In this document: positions 19,828 through 28,897 of the stretch, piece by piece
Layout of the letters: each line of letters begins with the position of its first letter
Numbering within the stretch: the stretch's first letter is position 1
Assembly: GCA_018267955.1 (NCBI GenBank)
Contig: JAFDXL010000009.1
Location: forward strand, 366,717-398,716
DNA length: 32,000 nucleotides
DNA from: Bacteroidota bacterium
Lineage (GTDB): Bacteria > Bacteroidota > Bacteroidia > Chitinophagales > Chitinophagaceae
Reading direction: 5' to 3'
Translations under genes and position numbers: made by a program
Notes under the pieces: model-generated
Databases searched by the model: none
What the model saw: the letters and a program-made list of their open reading frames with translations, nothing else
What the model was told of the DNA's origin: nothing

Positions 19828-21416
19828 TTCACTGTTATCATTAAATCTTTAAGGCCATCAATAATTTCATTTTCTAATCCACCCTTACCATCTTCTCCAA
19901 TAAGCTTATTCAAAATCACATTAGGTGCATCATATACAACCTCTTCATACTCTTCTTCTTTATACTTGTTTATGCTCAGGTCATATTCGTTATCTGCTAT
20001 TTCTGCCCTCGACACAAAAAAGTGCTGTGCTTTGCGGTCTATCTGTTCTTCCGTATGGCGTGCATGGTAGGCAGCTATTATCCGGTGCAGATCGCCATAG
20101 TCGCGTTCACCATTAGGCAGGCGCAGCTCGTTGCGCTTATCGTCAAGGCTGCGCCCATCACTTTCCATATCGTAGTACCATACATTGGTGGTTTCGCCCC
20201 CTTTCGTAAATACCAGTATAGCAGTAGCCACACCCGCATAGGGCTTAAACACGCCGCTTGGCATGTTTATTACCGCCTTCAGTTCGCACTTGTCTATCAG
20301 TATCTTCCTTAGCTCGGCAAATGCTTTTGCACTGCCAAACAGCACGCCTTGCGGCACCACCACACCTGCTGTGCCACCTATACGCAGCATGCTGTATATA
20401 CGCTCTACAAACAGCAGTTCGCTCTTGGTAGTGCTGATGCTGAAGTTGGGGTTCAGGTCGCCCTTGTCTACACTTCCGGTAAAGGGCGGGTTGGCCATTA
20501 CAATGTCATATACCCCTTCTTCGTTATAGCTCTTGCTTAGGGTATCCATATAGTCTATCCTTGGCTTGGCTATACCATGCATCATCAGGTTCATAAGCCC
20601 TATGCGTATCATGGTAGGGTCTATATCAAAGCCATAAAAAGACTGTTCGTTCAGTATCTTCTTTGCATCTTCGCTCACCAGCTTGTCGGCCATTGTGCCA
20701 CGCACAAAACCATTGTCGTCTTTTTCTCTGTATTGCGGGCTGGTAAATTCTGTAATCAGGTATTTGTATGCAGCCAGCAAAAAGCCAGCAGAGCCACAGG
20801 CAGGGTCTGCTATCTTATCGCCCAGCTTGGGTTGCACCAGCTCGGTTATCATTTCTATAATATGCGTGGGCGTGCGGAACTGTCCGTTTTTACCCGCCTG
20901 GCTCAGCTGGCTGAGGAGGTATTCGTAAAAATCGCCCTGCGCATCTATAAACCTGTTTTCGGTCTTCAGCTCGTCATATATCTCGTCTATGGTTTTTATG
21001 GCTTCTGTCAGCAGGCTGGGCTTAGGAATCAGAAATACCGCATTGGCCATATGTTTGGTAAAGAAAGAGTTTTCATCACCATCCAACTGGCGGATGAACG
21101 GGAATACCGAAGATTGCACAAATACCAGCATTTCTTCGGCAGGCATACGTTTAAAATAGCTCCAGCGCAGTGTTTGTTTATCCAGCTCGCTACCTTCTTT
21201 AGCACCCGGTGGCAAAAACGTTCCGTCAAAAACAGATTCAAAACGTTCTTCCAGAAAAGCTGCATTGCTCTCTTTTATTTTATCGTTCTCATCCAACTGT
21301 TTCATAAACAGCAGGTAGGTTATCTGCTCTATGGCATTGAGGGGGTTAGATATACCCCCGCTCCAGAATTTATCCCAAAGAGATGATACTTTACTTTTTA
21401 AGGAAGGTGTAAGCAT
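19824..21416 (-). CDS. hsdM: Type I restriction-modification DNA methyltransferase subunit HsdM (N6-adenine)
   Basis: SAM-binding motif DPACGSAGFL and catalytic motif VMANPPFTGS. It overlaps hsdS by ATGA and hsdR by TAATG. Confidence 0.95.
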   Translation of the reverse strand: MLTPSLKSKVSSLWDKFWSGGISNPLNAIEQITYLLFMKQLDENDKIKESNAAFLEERFESVFDGTFLPPGAKEGSELDKQTLRWSYFKRMPAEEMLVFVQSSVFPFIRQLDGDENSFFTKHMANAVFLIPKPSLLTEAIKTIDEIYDELKTENRFIDAQGDFYEYLLSQLSQAGKNGQFRTPTHIIEMITELVQPKLGDKIADPACGSAGFLLAAYKYLITEFTSPQYREKDDNGFVRGTMADKLVSEDAKKILNEQSFYGFDIDPTMIRIGLMNLMMHGIAKPRIDYMDTLSKSYNEEGVYDIVMANPPFTGSVDKGDLNPNFSISTTKSELLFVERIYSMLRIGGTAGVVVPQGVLFGSAKAFAELRKILIDKCELKAVINMPSGVFKPYAGVATAILVFTKGGETTNVWYYDMESDGRSLDDKRNELRLPNGERDYGDLHRIIAAYHARHTEEQIDRKAQHFFVSRAEIADNEYDLSINKYKEEEYEEVVYDAPNVILNKLIGEDGKGGLENEIIDGLKDLMITVK

Positions 21417-24211
21417 TATGCTGCTATTGTTTGTATAAAGTTTATTATTTCTTCAATTTCTTTTTGAGAGAATACACCACGTACCCCATCGGGGTGAATA
21501 CGTGTAAAGGGTGCATTGATAAGGTCTTTTTTGGAAGCTGAACCTTTTTCCAGCAAAAAATTCCTGAGCAGGCTCAGAAACTCCAGTTGCCTTACAGACA
21601 GATAGCTGTGTTCGGCTATAAAATTATCGAAAGCTTTTGATACCGTTTCGGCAAATGTTTCCAGTATTTCAAGCCCCAATACGTGTTTTACAAAGGCAAT
21701 GAGCTGTGCCTTTCTGTTATCGTATACCCTGCGAAGCAGGTCTACCGTTATGTGGGGGTGTTGCTGGTGCAATTCCTCAGCGAGCATTTCGGCTTCTTGT
21801 TCGGTAATCGTACCGCCCTGTTTTAGTTTTTGCAATATAGGGCTGGATAGCACCATTTCATTTATCTTCTGTTCTACCAGTTGCCTGTAGTTGGCTACCG
21901 TCAGCCTTTCGTGTTGCGGGCCAAACTCTACATATTCTTTGGCTATGGTGACATCCTTCAGGTTTAGCTTTTCAGGGCTCAGTGGCGCAACAAAAGAGTC
22001 TATAAATTTCATCAGAGGCGCCAGCTTCTCAACAAGCTCATCCATACTTTCTTCTGAAATGACAGACCAGAAATGATTGGTCTGGCTTCGTTGTATGATG
22101 TCCTTTTCATTAGCCACTATATTTACAGACAATGGCAATTCTCCTATTTCTTCAACAATGCTGTCTTTTAAAGCTTCAAACTTGTCTTTATCATTACTGA
22201 GATGTGCCAATGAAATTTCTACAATATCCTTCTCAAATCGCATGGCTTTGTAGTCTACCCCAACAATGGTTCGCATCAAGGGTTTTACCACATTTCGCAA
22301 AAACACAATTTTATCATCATTTAACGCCAACCAAAATCCGGGGTCATCTAATCGCTGCAAATCAGATTTGGCATCCATTATGACAACAGAATTTTGCGGC
22401 AATTGTGCAATCTGAGCCTGCAGTTTGTCTACCTCCTTTCGGGTAATTGCTTCATCTTTTAACTCAATTGCCTTTTCAATCTTATCGAGCCTTACACCAA
22501 ACAACCTGACAGGTAACGGTATTTGTGGCCTTAATTCTTTGCCTTTAGGATTCAGCTTGAAATATTCGAAATTGTCCCAACAGTCTAATATCAGAAAGCC
22601 GTCTTTGGTCGTACACCAAGGCTTTATTTTATCTTTTTCCAGCAACCTTGTTCCCCTGCCTATCATTTGCCAGAACTTAGTATAAGAGAATACCTGTTTT
22701 ACAAAAACAAGATTCTGCACTTCTCTTACATCTATACCTGTATCCAGCATATCTACACTGATAGCAATACGAGGCATATCTTTGTTGGTAAACTGATCTA
22801 ACAATCCGCCCTTACCATGTACCCGAGGGTCATCACTAACAATTACTTTAGCCAGATCTCCCTTATGTTCAGGATAAAGTGCATCGAAAACTTCTTCTAT
22901 ACGCCTCGCATGCGCCTTGCTGATGCAGAAAAAGATAGTTTTACCAGGCAATACACCATTAGCATCTTTGATGCTTTCTTCCATAAACTCTCTGACAATA
23001 AGTGCATTGGTACCCTTATTGACAACAGTCTTCTCTATTTCTGAACCTTCATAATTTATTTCATCAACATCCTTTCCTTCATGCAATAATTTCTTTTGAT
23101 CTTCTAGGCTGATAGTGCGTTTATTAATGCCTTGTTCCAGAAATTTTGTTTTGATTTTCATTACCTGAAAATCTGACAAATATGGTGGCACGTGGGTTAC
23201 TGCCTCTTCGTATGAATAAGCAAATGTTGGAATTCCATCTTCACACTCAAACAACTGGAAAGTATTATGGTCTATAACATCAGTTGGGGTAGCCGTAAGC
23301 CCTAAAGTAATAGCACCAAAATAGTCAAGTATTTCACCGTATGTATTATAAATGCTGCGATGGCTTTCATCCACAATTATCAAGTCAAAAAAATGGGGAG
23401 ATAGGCCATTCTTCTCATCTCTAATAATATTCAGCATTGTTGGATAAGTAGAAACATATATCCGCCTGTCTTTGGCAATTGTTTTCTCTCCTTGTTTCGG
23501 CCATCTGGGCTCATTTGGCAAATGTTCTTTAAAAGCATCCAATGTCTGCGATTGCAAAGCAATTCTATCAACCAAAAACAGCACTCTTTCTGCCCAACCG
23601 GCACGCATTAAGGCATCTACCAATCCTATACAAGTTCTGGTTTTACCTGTACCAGTAGCCATCACTAAAAGAAACTTTCGTTTCCTTTTCTCCACGGCTT
23701 CCATTACACTTCTTATTGAAGCTATTTGATACTCTCGGCCAGCAATTTTTGTATTGATTAACTCACCAGCTAAAGACTTTCTTGCTTTGCGGATATATTC
23801 ATACCTCTCTAAATCATCTCTAGTAGGAAAACCATGCACTTTACGTGGCGGGTAGTTTTCTAAATCCCAAAAGAAAATATCATTTCCGTTGGTATAAAAA
23901 CAGAATGGTAATACTCCCTGTTTCCGTTGTATATGGTAACAATATTGTTTAGCTTGTTCCCTCCCCAGTGCAGCGTCTACAGAAGTCTTTTTAGCTTCAA
24001 CAACAGCTAGTATTTTGCCGTCTCTTCCTAATAAGCTGTAATCGCTAAACTGGCGACCATGGTATTTTGTTGGAGGTTCTGTCACTCCGTTAGGAAGTCC
24101 GACCTCAATATCATACTCTTCAATAACCTGCGTTCGGTCAGATACACTCCAGCCTGCTTCTGATAGCCTTTTGTCGATTATCTCTTTTCTAGTATGTTTT
24201 TCGGTGCCCAA
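21416..24211 (-). CDS. hsdR: Type I restriction endonuclease subunit HsdR (931 aa)
   Basis: N-terminal PD-(D/E)xK-like motif (DYSLLGRDGKILAVVEAKK). Helicase motif I is MATGTGKT and motif II is IIVDESHRS. The apparent start codon is TTG at 24211. Confidence 0.9.
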   Translation of the reverse strand: MGTEKHTRKEIIDKRLSEAGWSVSDRTQVIEEYDIEVGLPNGVTEPPTKYHGRQFSDYSLLGRDGKILAVVEAKKTSVDAALGREQAKQYCYHIQRKQGVLPFCFYTNGNDIFFWDLENYPPRKVHGFPTRDDLERYEYIRKARKSLAGELINTKIAGREYQIASIRSVMEAVEKRKRKFLLVMATGTGKTRTCIGLVDALMRAGWAERVLFLVDRIALQSQTLDAFKEHLPNEPRWPKQGEKTIAKDRRIYVSTYPTMLNIIRDEKNGLSPHFFDLIIVDESHRSIYNTYGEILDYFGAITLGLTATPTDVIDHNTFQLFECEDGIPTFAYSYEEAVTHVPPYLSDFQVMKIKTKFLEQGINKRTISLEDQKKLLHEGKDVDEINYEGSEIEKTVVNKGTNALIVREFMEESIKDANGVLPGKTIFFCISKAHARRIEEVFDALYPEHKGDLAKVIVSDDPRVHGKGGLLDQFTNKDMPRIAISVDMLDTGIDVREVQNLVFVKQVFSYTKFWQMIGRGTRLLEKDKIKPWCTTKDGFLILDCWDNFEYFKLNPKGKELRPQIPLPVRLFGVRLDKIEKAIELKDEAITRKEVDKLQAQIAQLPQNSVVIMDAKSDLQRLDDPGFWLALNDDKIVFLRNVVKPLMRTIVGVDYKAMRFEKDIVEISLAHLSNDKDKFEALKDSIVEEIGELPLSVNIVANEKDIIQRSQTNHFWSVISEESMDELVEKLAPLMKFIDSFVAPLSPEKLNLKDVTIAKEYVEFGPQHERLTVANYRQLVEQKINEMVLSSPILQKLKQGGTITEQEAEMLAEELHQQHPHITVDLLRRVYDNRKAQLIAFVKHVLGLEILETFAETVSKAFDNFIAEHSYLSVRQLEFLSLLRNFLLEKGSASKKDLINAPFTRIHPDGVRGVFSQKEIEEIINFIQTIAA

Positions 24212-24345
24212 GGGATAGTACTATAACCATAAAAATACATTAAGGAAAGCCACAAAACAACTTAATATTTATCCTAATATAACTATTCCGTCAGCCGATA
24301 ATCATGACTTTTAAAATGCAATTCGAGACATATAATAACGGTATA

Positions 24346-24651
24346 CTATTCATTTTTAATAAGGCCTTCAATATCTGCCCATAAATAGAAAACCCTGGAT
24401 TTAATTTTATAAGGTTTCAACACGCCCTCTTTTGCCCATTGATGTAGAGTTTGACGACTAACCTGCAGTAGTTTGCATACCTCTTCTGATTTGAAGATCG
24501 GCTTTTGTGTAAATCCGGTTACTGAAAATTCTACCCTGTCATACAATTTCTCTTTTTTCATATCTGCCAACTCGGTTCGAATTAATTGTCTCATTTTTTC
24601 CCATAGTTCTTCTTGTGACATAGGAATCAAAAAAGGCGTCTTATTATCCAT
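24346..24651 (-). CDS. Helix-turn-helix (excisionase/MerR-like) DNA-binding protein
   Basis: The C-terminal segment FKSEEVCKLLQVSRQTLHQWAKEGVLKPYKIKSRVFY is typical of Xis-type HTH proteins on Bacteroidota mobile elements. Confidence 0.75.
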   Translation of the reverse strand: MDNKTPFLIPMSQEELWEKMRQLIRTELADMKKEKLYDRVEFSVTGFTQKPIFKSEEVCKLLQVSRQTLHQWAKEGVLKPYKIKSRVFYLWADIEGLIKNE

Positions 24652-24850
24652 TGTTTCCTTTGTTTTCTGTTACTAAATTCTTTCTATTTGTTTCAATTAT
24701 GTGATACCAGGTAGCAGCTATCGCAATCATTCCTACAATAATTAAGAATATTTGGTAGTTTGATTCTACCCTAGTTGTAATGCTTTCTTGTCCACTTGAA
24801 TCGATTAATCGAAATCTAACTTCCTGTGTTACTTGTTCGAATTGTTGCAT
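24644..24850 (-). CDS. Small hypothetical membrane protein (68 aa, one TM helix)
   Basis: Contains the hydrophobic helix IFLIIVGMIAIAATWYHII. It overlaps both neighbouring genes (8 nt and 22 nt), which suggests translational coupling. There is no homology evidence. Confidence 0.4.
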   Translation of the reverse strand: MQQFEQVTQEVRFRLIDSSGQESITTRVESNYQIFLIIVGMIAIAATWYHIIETNRKNLVTENKGNNG

Positions 24851-25206
24851 AGCTCAATGGATATTGTTTTATCAGTATTAATTAAATAGCAGTATTTACC
24901 TATTACCTTCCAGACACACAATTTGCTATCTTGTAACTCTCCATTTGCAATGCCCCAATCAAACTGAAGCTGATCGAGGACATCGTAGGTAATTACCTGG
25001 CCTTTTAGATATAATGGGTAGAAATTCGCAAGTATTTGTTCATACTCCCGGAATCTATTGATGAATACTTGTTTTGAATTATATTGCTTCGCGGATCTTT
25101 CTTTCTTCGCTTCGTAATAGCATGCGTCGCTGCAATAGCGTGCAGATGATTTCCTATTGGCTGGAATTAATTTGTTGCAATATGTACACTGCTTTGGCAA
25201 TCGCAT
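24829..25206 (-). CDS. Hypothetical zinc-ribbon protein (125 aa)
   Basis: N-terminal CTYC-x17-CSDAC, a four-Cys ribbon-like motif, followed by a basic stretch. Confidence 0.55.
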   Translation of the reverse strand: MRLPKQCTYCNKLIPANRKSSARYCSDACYYEAKKERSAKQYNSKQVFINRFREYEQILANFYPLYLKGQVITYDVLDQLQFDWGIANGELQDSKLCVWKVIGKYCYLINTDKTISIELCNNSNK

Positions 25207-25277
25207 GGCGTTTTATTTACCGTGCAATTTCTCTAATGGAATATTTTGTAACCAGAAATGTCGAATTCTGGTTTATG

Positions 25278-26129
25278 TCACTTTTTTTTCGTATTGATTG
25301 GGAGATCTAGCTTATGTTGCGTTTTAAGCGCTTTATGAAAATCCTTTGTCAATTGACTTTCATTACTTCTGATCATTAATGTTGATCTATCTTTAGCCAC
25401 TGTATCCCCTGGAAGCTCAAATAAACTTAGAAATTTCTTTACAAAATTAATTTCAGCTTGGGGATCTTGCGGGCCAAATTGCCACATACAAGTAATGGCA
25501 AATCCTATTTCGGCTAATTCCAGATGAGCCTCTTTAGAATCCCAATTGAACTTGTATTTTCTCATTTCATCATATCGGGCATTATTCAACTTGCTACTGA
25601 CAAAATCGGATAACGTATTTAGCAAATTAGTACGATAAGAAAGTTCGTCGTGTATCTGGTTATAATGGTGTTCAGTGAATTCTAATTCACCAGACGATTT
25701 AATATCGCACAAAACATCGGTTCTATTCTTTAATAGTTTGAATGCAATGTTCTGCATGAATGAGACGGGGTTATGCATATCGAATTTCTGAACAGCCAAT
25801 CTTAATTTATATTCTAACGTATCTAAAAATTGAAGCTGATCAATTATCTTATCTATAGTTCGAATTTTTTGCTCAATTAGCGAATTACCTAAATCGATAA
25901 TTTCTGTTCCATAGGCATGTAATGTATTCAGGCCGATAGGAAAAATGAGTTCCTCGACTTGCAATTTATTTCCAGGACTGTTGATTTGATTGGCAGATAT
26001 TGATTCAGGAACACGCACATTAATTGTATTTATTTCCAATAGATCAGTCAATGATTCAATAAAAAAATCGATACTATCCAATTGTAATAATTCATAAAAT
26101 AGCTCAGTCGTAGTTTTTTCCTGTTGCAT
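25278..26129 (-). CDS. RteC-like regulatory protein (283 aa), tentative
   Basis: The size, the position upstream of the Xis-HTH, and the C-terminal pattern resemble my recollection of the RteC C-terminal winged-helix region. That pattern is KFNWDSKEAHLELAEIGFAI...FLSLFELPGDTVAKDRSTLMIRSNESQLTKDFHKAL. Confidence 0.45.
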   Translation of the reverse strand: MQQEKTTTELFYELLQLDSIDFFIESLTDLLEINTINVRVPESISANQINSPGNKLQVEELIFPIGLNTLHAYGTEIIDLGNSLIEQKIRTIDKIIDQLQFLDTLEYKLRLAVQKFDMHNPVSFMQNIAFKLLKNRTDVLCDIKSSGELEFTEHHYNQIHDELSYRTNLLNTLSDFVSSKLNNARYDEMRKYKFNWDSKEAHLELAEIGFAITCMWQFGPQDPQAEINFVKKFLSLFELPGDTVAKDRSTLMIRSNESQLTKDFHKALKTQHKLDLPINTKKK

Positions 26130-26348
26130 AATATAGTCTTCAATGGTTATCAGAATATTCTGGAATCTGCCATACTAATTTATTAAAAGTTGTTCTGATA
26201 CTAATGGAAGTATCCAATTAAATGAATCGAAGTATCACCTAATTCCGGAATAATCCAGTTGCAATAATTTATTTATTGGATTCTATGTCAATTTTTAATG
26301 CTGGGAGTTGTATTTTAGCAATAAGATATTAAGCTGCGTTCTTTTCTG

Positions 26349-26470
26349 CCTCCAGAACCGACCAATTCAACCAAGCAGTAAGCAGCATATATACGCCATT
26401 ATCAGATGCGGCCACGTTTAGGCGTGGGGCTGCTTATTAGGCGTATGCGTTCTTGGTCGGACGTTGGAGG
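26349..26470. other. GC-rich structured intergenic element with nested inverted repeats (candidate ncRNA, or an att or recombination scar)
   Basis: CCTCCAgaaCCGACCAA (26349-26365) pairs with TTGGTCGGacgtTGGAGG (26453-26470). TAAGCAGC (26379-26386) pairs with GCTGCTTA (26429-26436). CCACG (26412-26416) pairs with CGTGG (26423-27). Confidence 0.4.
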
Positions 26471-26544
26471 CTGGTAAGATGTGCCTCACGTCGCTTTTTT
26501 ATTAATGATCCGGAGAGGCCCGGATTTTCCAAAATCGACCAAAA

Positions 26545-27024
26545 ATGAAAAAGCTAATCTTGTTAGCGACCATCTCCTGCCTGACAGTTTTTGCCACCCT
26601 TTTATTCAGTTGTCAAAAAGATGCCTGCGCAAATGTAAAATGTCAGCATGGGGGCACCTGTGCCAATGGATTATGTAAATGCCCAACGGGTTACGAAGGG
26701 AACTCCTGTGAAAGCAGACTATCTGACAAATTTGTTGGCACATATATTGGTACAGACTGTGATGGTACTGCTACCTATATCCTTTCTGCAGCGTCCAACA
26801 CTACAGTTAACCTAAGGGTGCCAGGTCTACCCGGTAGTATGCATGCTTCTGTGAATGGTAACGCCCTTGTCTTTTCTAAACAAACGATTGATGATGGGGC
26901 CGGAAATTACTACTCCGTATCTGGCAATGGTAACCTAAACGGTAATTCGTTGTCCATAGTTCTAACTGCTACAGATATAAATACGGGCGATCAGCAAACA
27001 TGTAGCTTTGATGGTAGTAAATGA
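26545..27024 (+). CDS. Lipoprotein with an N-terminal EGF-like domain
   Basis: Lipobox LLFSC. Six-Cys EGF pattern CANVKCQHGGTCANGLCKCPTGYEGNSCE. Confidence 0.75.
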   Translation: MKKLILLATISCLTVFATLLFSCQKDACANVKCQHGGTCANGLCKCPTGYEGNSCESRLSDKFVGTYIGTDCDGTATYILSAASNTTVNLRVPGLPGSMHASVNGNALVFSKQTIDDGAGNYYSVSGNGNLNGNSLSIVLTATDINTGDQQTCSFDGSK

Positions 27025-27032
27025 TCCTGAAG

Positions 27033-27068
27033 AAAAAAAGGAGCCGCTTTATAAGCGGCTCCTTTTTA
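27033..27068. terminator. Bidirectional rho-independent terminator
   Basis: An A-run, then GGAGCCGC (27040-27047), loop TTTATAA, GCGGCTCC (27055-27062), then a T-run. It lies between convergent genes. Confidence 0.85.
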
Positions 27069-27089
27069 TGAAATCGCTAGCTCAACATA

Positions 27090-28862
27090 TTATTTTGATA
27101 TCAACACCTTTTTCTCTACGACTACCCTACCATCAACAGACAGGTAGCATATAACTAGCCCTGGACTAGTATCTTCAGGAAGTCTTACGTTCAGGGTACC
27201 TGATTTTTCTTTGATTGGTATGTTCTCTGTGATCTTACGGCCCGCAATATCTACGACAGATAATTCGGCATGTTGTTCAATATCACTAGTGAGTGCATAA
27301 AAGACATTAAAATTATCAATAGCAGGGTTTGGAGAAACTAGCAGACTTGCCATATTCTCGTCCATTTTAGAAATTCCTGTAGTGCCATTTTTATTGTTCA
27401 GCATCCTCCCACAGTTTAGACTACTGGTCATGTTAATATTAGTAAATGTTACTTCTATCACGGAACTAGAAGCAAAGGAATCTCGTGGTACATAAAGAGT
27501 TTGAGGATAAGTACCAGTTGAATCCAACGACGTTGTCGAATCCAACGGACAGTTAGCCGTAGAATCTTTTAGCGATGCTGCTACAATACCGAAATAAATG
27601 TCATTATCAGAAGATGCAACTGGGTTAGAATTACCTGCCATAAAAAGATTTCCGTTCAGCATACCACCACCGTTAAAAATATCCATACTCATAACAGACT
27701 CATTACCGGGCAGGCTAAAATCTGTAGATGCAGATATGGAATTTGTAGTAAGAGAAGACACGTGGGCTACCCAAGTATCCATGCCTGTAACAACTCCAGT
27801 CTGTTCTGGATTATAAATGTTATTTGACGGCACGTCAGATATATAGATGTTATCATAAGTGATAGGTAGGGCAGTTGAGATATTTGCATAATAACGCGAA
27901 ATTGCGGTACCGCTTTTTACAACATTGACGGTTGCATTGTTGCCTGCCAGATCACTTCTAAAAATATAATGTTTAGTACCTGAACCTCCAACAAAACCAT
28001 CTAATATATAACCACTAACCAAAAGCTTGTTATTCTTCAGGAATATTTTAGTAGGCCATTCGCTGTTTATGAGTACATTCCCTTCCTTTCCAAAAGTGTT
28101 ATATCCAATATCGTAGTACTTAGTCCAAACGATACTACCATAGCTTCCGCTGAATGGATTATATTTCATGACAACCTGATCGTAATAAGTAGTAGTTGGT
28201 GGTGCTGTCCTATATGCATATCCCAGGATATACACGCTATTGCTATCAGATACGACACTTGTGAATACATCACTATTGTTACTCAATGGCAGCATCTGGT
28301 TATAGGTATTGGAAAGTGTAGCGCTGAAGACGCTTAAAAAGGCATCTACGCTACCGGGCGTAAAGTTATGGCTGCCTACTGCAACCAGGTTACCATTAAG
28401 CGTTTCGCAAACGCTATTGTACAATTCTCCAGCCGTATTTGTATTTGTGTCCCGAACAAATGCCTGGTATAGCAAAGTGCCTGTTGCGTCAAATCTATAT
28501 ATTGCAGCATTATTTCCAGTGTAAATGGAACTGCGACTTGCCGTACCTACGACGACAATATCGCCGTTCTTGGTAATGATCATATCATACAACAAATCAT
28601 CGCCGTTTGTGCCCCATTGCTTTTGCCAGAGGATATTGCCATCCGGATTTATCCTTAGCAATAGGTTGTCAGCGTTTGTTACATTGTTACTGGAATCAAG
28701 ATCGTAGATGTAGCCCGCAATGACGCTGGAGCCATCCGGCAAAGTTTTGATACTACGGGCAATTTCATTCCGGCTTGTTCCGATAGAATAGTGAGCGGTT
28801 TGTGCAATGCTGCCAATATAGCAACATACGGCAGCACTAAGTGCAATTAGTTTTCTCTTCAT
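27090..28862 (-). CDS. Secreted repeat (beta-propeller-like) protein with T9SS C-terminal sorting domain
   Basis: Signal peptide MKRKLIALSAAVCCYIGSIAQ. Recurrent segments of the form xGxxVxxGY/GT. The last ~80 aa fit the Por/T9SS CTD pattern (LLVSPNPAIDNFNVFY...VVDIAGRKI...GLVICYLSVDGRVVVEKKVLISK). Confidence 0.8.
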   Translation of the reverse strand: MKRKLIALSAAVCCYIGSIAQTAHYSIGTSRNEIARSIKTLPDGSSVIAGYIYDLDSSNNVTNADNLLLRINPDGNILWQKQWGTNGDDLLYDMIITKNGDIVVVGTASRSSIYTGNNAAIYRFDATGTLLYQAFVRDTNTNTAGELYNSVCETLNGNLVAVGSHNFTPGSVDAFLSVFSATLSNTYNQMLPLSNNSDVFTSVVSDSNSVYILGYAYRTAPPTTTYYDQVVMKYNPFSGSYGSIVWTKYYDIGYNTFGKEGNVLINSEWPTKIFLKNNKLLVSGYILDGFVGGSGTKHYIFRSDLAGNNATVNVVKSGTAISRYYANISTALPITYDNIYISDVPSNNIYNPEQTGVVTGMDTWVAHVSSLTTNSISASTDFSLPGNESVMSMDIFNGGGMLNGNLFMAGNSNPVASSDNDIYFGIVAASLKDSTANCPLDSTTSLDSTGTYPQTLYVPRDSFASSSVIEVTFTNINMTSSLNCGRMLNNKNGTTGISKMDENMASLLVSPNPAIDNFNVFYALTSDIEQHAELSVVDIAGRKITENIPIKEKSGTLNVRLPEDTSPGLVICYLSVDGRVVVEKKVLISK

Positions 28863-28897
28863 TTAGTGAATATTTAAAGGTTAAAAAAAACTTTAAA

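Larger units (their letters stand above)
13726..26340. mobile_element. Integrative (defence) island inserted 3' of tRNA-Arg; right boundary approximate
   Basis: The tRNA is followed immediately by a tyrosine integrase. An Xis-type HTH and an RteC-like gene lie at the far end. The region is visibly AT-rich relative to the flanks. I could not find a convincing attR direct repeat by eye. Confidence 0.55.

Noticed and set aside
20577-21386. 269-aa plus-strand ORF, together with the other plus-strand ORFs at 19925-20928
   Set aside because: It is antisense to hsdM, which has unmistakable methyltransferase motifs. The translation is low-complexity and Cys/His/Arg-rich, as expected for the open antisense frame of a GC-richer gene.
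24566-24580. GGTTCGAAT (a tRNA T-loop-like 9-mer) inside the island
   Set aside because: It lies within the Xis-HTH coding frame and has no surrounding tRNA structure, so I treat it as coincidental.
26207-26260. Candidate attR: ATCCAAT, ATCAC and TCCGGA fragments that resemble the tRNA-Arg 3' end, plus a GAAGTATC direct repeat
   Set aside because: The matches are only 5-7 nt, are not collinear with the tRNA sequence, and could arise by chance in AT-rich DNA. The island's right end therefore remains undefined.
26481-26678. 65-aa plus-strand ORF overlapping the start of the EGF-lipoprotein gene
   Set aside because: It is out of frame with a gene that has a clear lipobox and EGF pattern. Its sequence is basic and low-complexity and it lacks a convincing start context.
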